The translations under genes and the position numbers were made by a program. Below the pieces are notes generated by a model. That model saw only the letters and a list, made by a program, of their open reading frames with translations. It did no database searches and had not been told where the DNA came from. This document shows, in pieces, positions 15,153-17,481 of a stretch of 17,481 nt of DNA. Position 1 is the first letter of the stretch. Each line of letters begins with the position of its first letter. The DNA comes from a virus (lineage: Duplodnaviria > Heunggongvirae > Uroviricota > Caudoviricetes): the IMG/VR virus record IMGVR_UViG_3300026473_000783; one strand, given 5' to 3'.

Positions 15153-16448
15153 TAATTCTTATATTAGTAAATTTCTAGGTATTTAGAAACGCTACGAAAC
15201 AACACTAAATGACTATCTCCCTAAGTTCCAGCACCCCACTATAACCTATCCCACATATTAGATTTGTTTTATAGATGATTGGTTTTTAAAAAATTGATTG
15301 TTTCCTTCCTCATTGTATAGTACATAATTATCTTCCCTTATTTAATTGCTCAACATCTATAAGATTTCTTATTAGTCTTTCATCTAAAGGATATCAAATC
15401 TTAACTCAATCCTTAACTATCCACCCCCTATCTACCAAAGCTATAATAAAAGGGTTTTATCAGATAACTCCCAATCATTAACACTAATAATAACACTATT
15501 TTTTAATAATGTTATAACTTAATTTTAGAACTTCTATAGTAAGCTTTTTACATAAGACTTAATTGTTTATAAAGTTTTGAGGGACTAAATCTTTCTCTAA
15601 TTTAAAGATTAAGACGGATATTGGACATTTAGATAAACTCAGTGAATAGTCTTTATCAGGGGATATATTAAATTTTCATAAAAACTTCTAAGTGGATTTT
15701 ATCGGGATAATTCTAGATTCCTTATAGAGACTTAAAAAAACTTTAATCTTTATATATCTAAACCTATAGGACAATAAGATCATTTCTATAAGATAGACAC
15801 TTAACTAATTTAGAAACTGTATTGGGTTCCTTCACAGGACTGTTTTAAAAGTATTTTTCTTTAAGGACACTTCTTTTTGACAGATAAGAGAAGATTGACG
15901 TAGGGTTTAATTCAAGCTTTGGGGTAGAATTATAGTTTAGACCAGATAAACAGAGCTAGACCTAGCTAAACTTAGGTAAGCAGAGATAGGGAAAGTTTTT
16001 TGATATTGGCAAAGGCTTTGATATTTCTTCTTTGAATTACACTTTTAAAAAGTTCTTTACTGGGTAGCTGAATTATGTTTTATATCTTATTAGCACCAAT
16101 CTTACAGGTTATTGTTAGATATAAATCCTCAAGAATCTTTTAGGAATGTCTATTCTTTTAGGGTTTATGTAAAAGGTTTTATAGTTATTCAGGTTAGAGG
16201 GTTATTTATCTTTCAGGACTTAACGATTGTTCTTTTATAGATAAAGATTTGGGAAGGGTTATGGTTATAAGTTAGGCTTCTTAAAATGGCTTCAGTTGAG
16301 TTATTTAGTTAGATTCGATTAAAGATTAGTTCTTATAAGGATTCGTTCAATGGTGGTCAAATATGGCGTTTTTAGGCTTTAATAGGATCGTTCCTATAAC
16401 CAATATATCCATAACTACAGGTTCAACTACCCTATCTAAAAATCCAGC

Positions 16449-16531
16449 ACTCTTTCCTTTGTTTATTATTATATTACATGTTAATGAATATAATAAAGTG
16501 ATGAAATACACGTTAAAACAAAGGAAAGAGT
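16449..16531. repeat. Perfect 16-bp inverted repeat enclosing an inner hairpin
   Basis: ACTCTTTCCTTTGTTT (16449-16464) / AAACAAAGGAAAGAGT (16516-16531); inner TTATTATATT (16466-16475) / AATATAATAA (16487-16496). Confidence 0.85.
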
Positions 16532-16534
16532 AAT

Positions 16535-16553
16535 AAAGAGTGGACTCTTTTTT
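16535..16553 (+). terminator. Terminator-like hairpin
   Basis: AAAGAG-tgga-CTCTTT followed by TTT; the stem is AT-rich and weak. Confidence 0.4.
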
Positions 16554-16568
16554 GTCATAAAATTTTCG

Positions 16569-16616
16569 CGACTTTTTTGAGTCGACGACAACGACCGTTT
16601 ACGACTTTTTTGAGTC
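16569..16616. repeat. 15-bp direct repeat CGACTTTTTTGAGTC x2, 33-bp period
   Basis: Copies at 16569-16583 and 16602-16616; each contains the dyad GACT-N6-AGTC. Confidence 0.85.
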
Positions 16617-17481
16617 TTTTAATTTTTCCCTATCACAACCTCCCAACCCTTGTCAAGAAAAATAAGTTTTTTCTCAAAATAATACGTTAAAACAAACCTA
16701 AAAGACCTGATGCGTAATTTTTCAAATCTTCAACCATCCCGAAAAGCCCACAAAACCTGCTCAAATCTAAACTTCCAACTCCAAAAAATCATTGAAAAAC
16801 AAAAACAACAAAAAATCAGTGATGGACTCAATTAAGTCATAGACACTTATTTTTAATTTCAAAATACAAAAATCCAACCCTTAAACCGAACGGCTTTAAT
16901 CTCTTCTAGCTCCTTTACTCTACATCTATGTCCACAATAAACAGATTCTAAAACTAAAAATCAAGCTCCCCCCCTTTTTAACGACAAATCTCCTACAATC
17001 ATCTATATAGCAATCTAAATACCAAACCCTAATACAGCTCTATTGTAGTTGAAGATAGGTCTGTCAAAAGTTTAGATAGTCATAAAGGCTAACTCTATGA
17101 TTTTACTCGGTGTCAAACTTATAGGTGATGAAAAAAAATTAAACATCAACCATTCTCCAATCCAATAAACCTTTCACCCCACCCATAACCCTTATAATCA
17201 CGCCCGACTTGAGTTTTGCTGAATAAGACTCTTTCGAAAGATTGCTACTATTCATAGAAACCAGTTCCAAGCTTGGGCTGGTTATAATTAAACTCTCATT
17301 CAACTATAAAAAACATGATTCAGATATAAGCCAACTAAAAGAAATTGACCCACAACTAAAAATGACTAGTTAATAATTTTTTTTAAATTATCACCACTCT
17401 ATAACTAAGAATAAGCCAAGGCAAATCTAATCTAAAGCTTTTAAAATAGCAAGTTTTTCTTTAAGACCCTTTAAAGTAGAT

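Larger units (their letters stand above)
15153..17481. other. Long non-coding region (at least 2.3 kb) with sharp local strand-composition switches
   Basis: No ORF of 60 aa or more in the six-frame track. The + strand is C-rich at about 15190-15480, G/T-rich at about 15850-16400 and C/A-rich at about 16620-17320. Confidence 0.8.

Noticed and set aside
15903-16123. Hidden gene under a TAG-recoded genetic code
   Set aside because: One frame has only TAG stops for about 220 nt, but it closes at TAA, the peptide is not protein-like, and TAG ends several good genes in this window.
16569-16616. Mini CRISPR array
   Set aside because: Only two 15-bp repeats with an 18-bp spacer; too short, and no cas genes.
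16628-16656. Minus-strand sigma70 promoter from TTGACA at 16656-16651
   Set aside because: No acceptable -10 hexamer at 16-18 nt spacing.
15240-16940. DnaA boxes
   Set aside because: Only mismatched partial forms (TATCCAC, TGTCCACA); no consensus box or cluster was seen.
15850-17320. Large inverted repeat between the G-rich and C-rich arms
   Set aside because: The short matches (16254-16264 with 17183-17193; 16158-16166 with 17024-17032) are not collinear, so they are explained by mirrored composition.

Overview
This is a very AT-rich 17.5 kb window (about 28-30% GC by eye). Bases 1-15152 are densely packed with short genes in alternating orientation, most with clear GAGG/GGAG ribosome-binding sites and standard-code stops. 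Bases 15153-17481 contain no ORF of 60 aa or more. There are no housekeeping, structural-phage, replication, conjugation, rRNA, tRNA or CRISPR features. The gene style suggests an accessory or early region of a large phage, prophage or plasmid, but this is inference. Recognisable proteins are a NADAR (YbiA-like) hydrolase, an orphan single-domain response regulator, a ribbon-helix-helix protein, a short GNAT acetyltransferase with a truncated second copy, a tandem double-HTH protein and several Cys-rich putative zinc binders. The main structural feature is a tandemly duplicated module (about 10040-12404 and 12763-14282). It holds a divergent pair of unknown genes (182 aa and 190 aa, with two and three copies) around a 67-bp intergenic segment identical in both copies, while the proteins are only about 74-80% identical and show localised hypervariable, mosaic patches. 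Two small membrane-peptide ORFs missed by the ORF track were found; one has its RBS locked in a hairpin. The non-coding tail has a nested inverted-repeat structure and four GAC-N8-GTC boxes.
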